From the NCBI GenBank assembly GCA_964199315.1, contig OZ116701.1:31310001-31374000 (forward strand): DNA of 64,000 bases, given 5' to 3'. The notes beneath the pieces are model-generated. The model was not told where the DNA came from and made no database searches. It was given only the letters and a program-made list of their open reading frames with translations. The translations under genes were made by a program, and so were the position numbers. The DNA is from Orbicella franksi. Lineage: Eukaryota. Positions 63,586 to 64,000 of the stretch are shown here, piece after piece; the first letter of the stretch is position 1; each line of letters begins with the position of its first letter.

Positions 63586-64000
63586 CTGTTGAAAATGTTT
63601 AGCATTGGTTATCCTACATTCTATCAATGCAAGGGCAATTAAGGAGTAACACTGCTTGTGATAATTCAACATCAAAATTACACAAGCCTATCTTCAGTAA
63701 CAGTCAACGCATCACAAACAAGCCTAAACTTTAACTACACCTTGGTATGACTGAACAGATTACAATTAAAATAGTGTCTAGGACTTACACAAGTGACAAA
63801 ATGATTTCACTTCCCCACCACCTCCTCCTCCCAGCCCCCCACCTCTTGAAAGCAACAAAAGCTTTCATGATAACTGAACCCGGAACTAATGACTCTAAAC
63901 TTCAGCCAGCTGTCATAAATGAGCAAAATAACATGGAGCATCTAACGAAAACTGGTTAAACTTAAAGCGTGTAAGGTTAGTGGTTAGTATGCACAATTCT

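Overview
Eukaryotic, intron-rich, repeat-dense DNA. The gene set and repeat style suggest an anthozoan, probably a stony coral (inference; no search was run). All gene models were spliced by hand. Host genes: a 3-exon secreted CAP/SCP protein (187-2036, +); three secreted PAN/Apple-EGF genes ending in a ~155-aa Cys-rich domain I cannot name (3591-6923 with a nonsense codon, 23592-27939 intact, 31975-36232 divergent; all -); a 4-exon ApoD-like lipocalin (37860-40358, +); and the 3' half of a MARK/Par-1 kinase ending in a KA1 exon (54644 to beyond 63585, -). Two duplications shape the window. An older ~8 kb unit (2070-15526 vs 17482-30847) has copies with different insertions, so each gives the empty site for the other. 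A younger tandem triplication of a 5.2-6.1 kb unit (38133-55270) captures lipocalin exons 2-4 plus the MARK terminal exon. Mobile DNA: a decayed P-superfamily transposase fused to a putative herpes-tegument-like cysteine protease domain, joined to the flank by a templated junction; a 41-bp mini-element with the same terminus and a 7-bp TSD; a 4-kb foldback-like element with heptamer-array arms and a 9-bp TSD; an apparently intact intron-containing Crypton-type tyrosine recombinase; Penelope GIY-YIG remnants; tRNA-derived SINEs; and many MITEs. I found no rRNA, true tRNA or CRISPR array.
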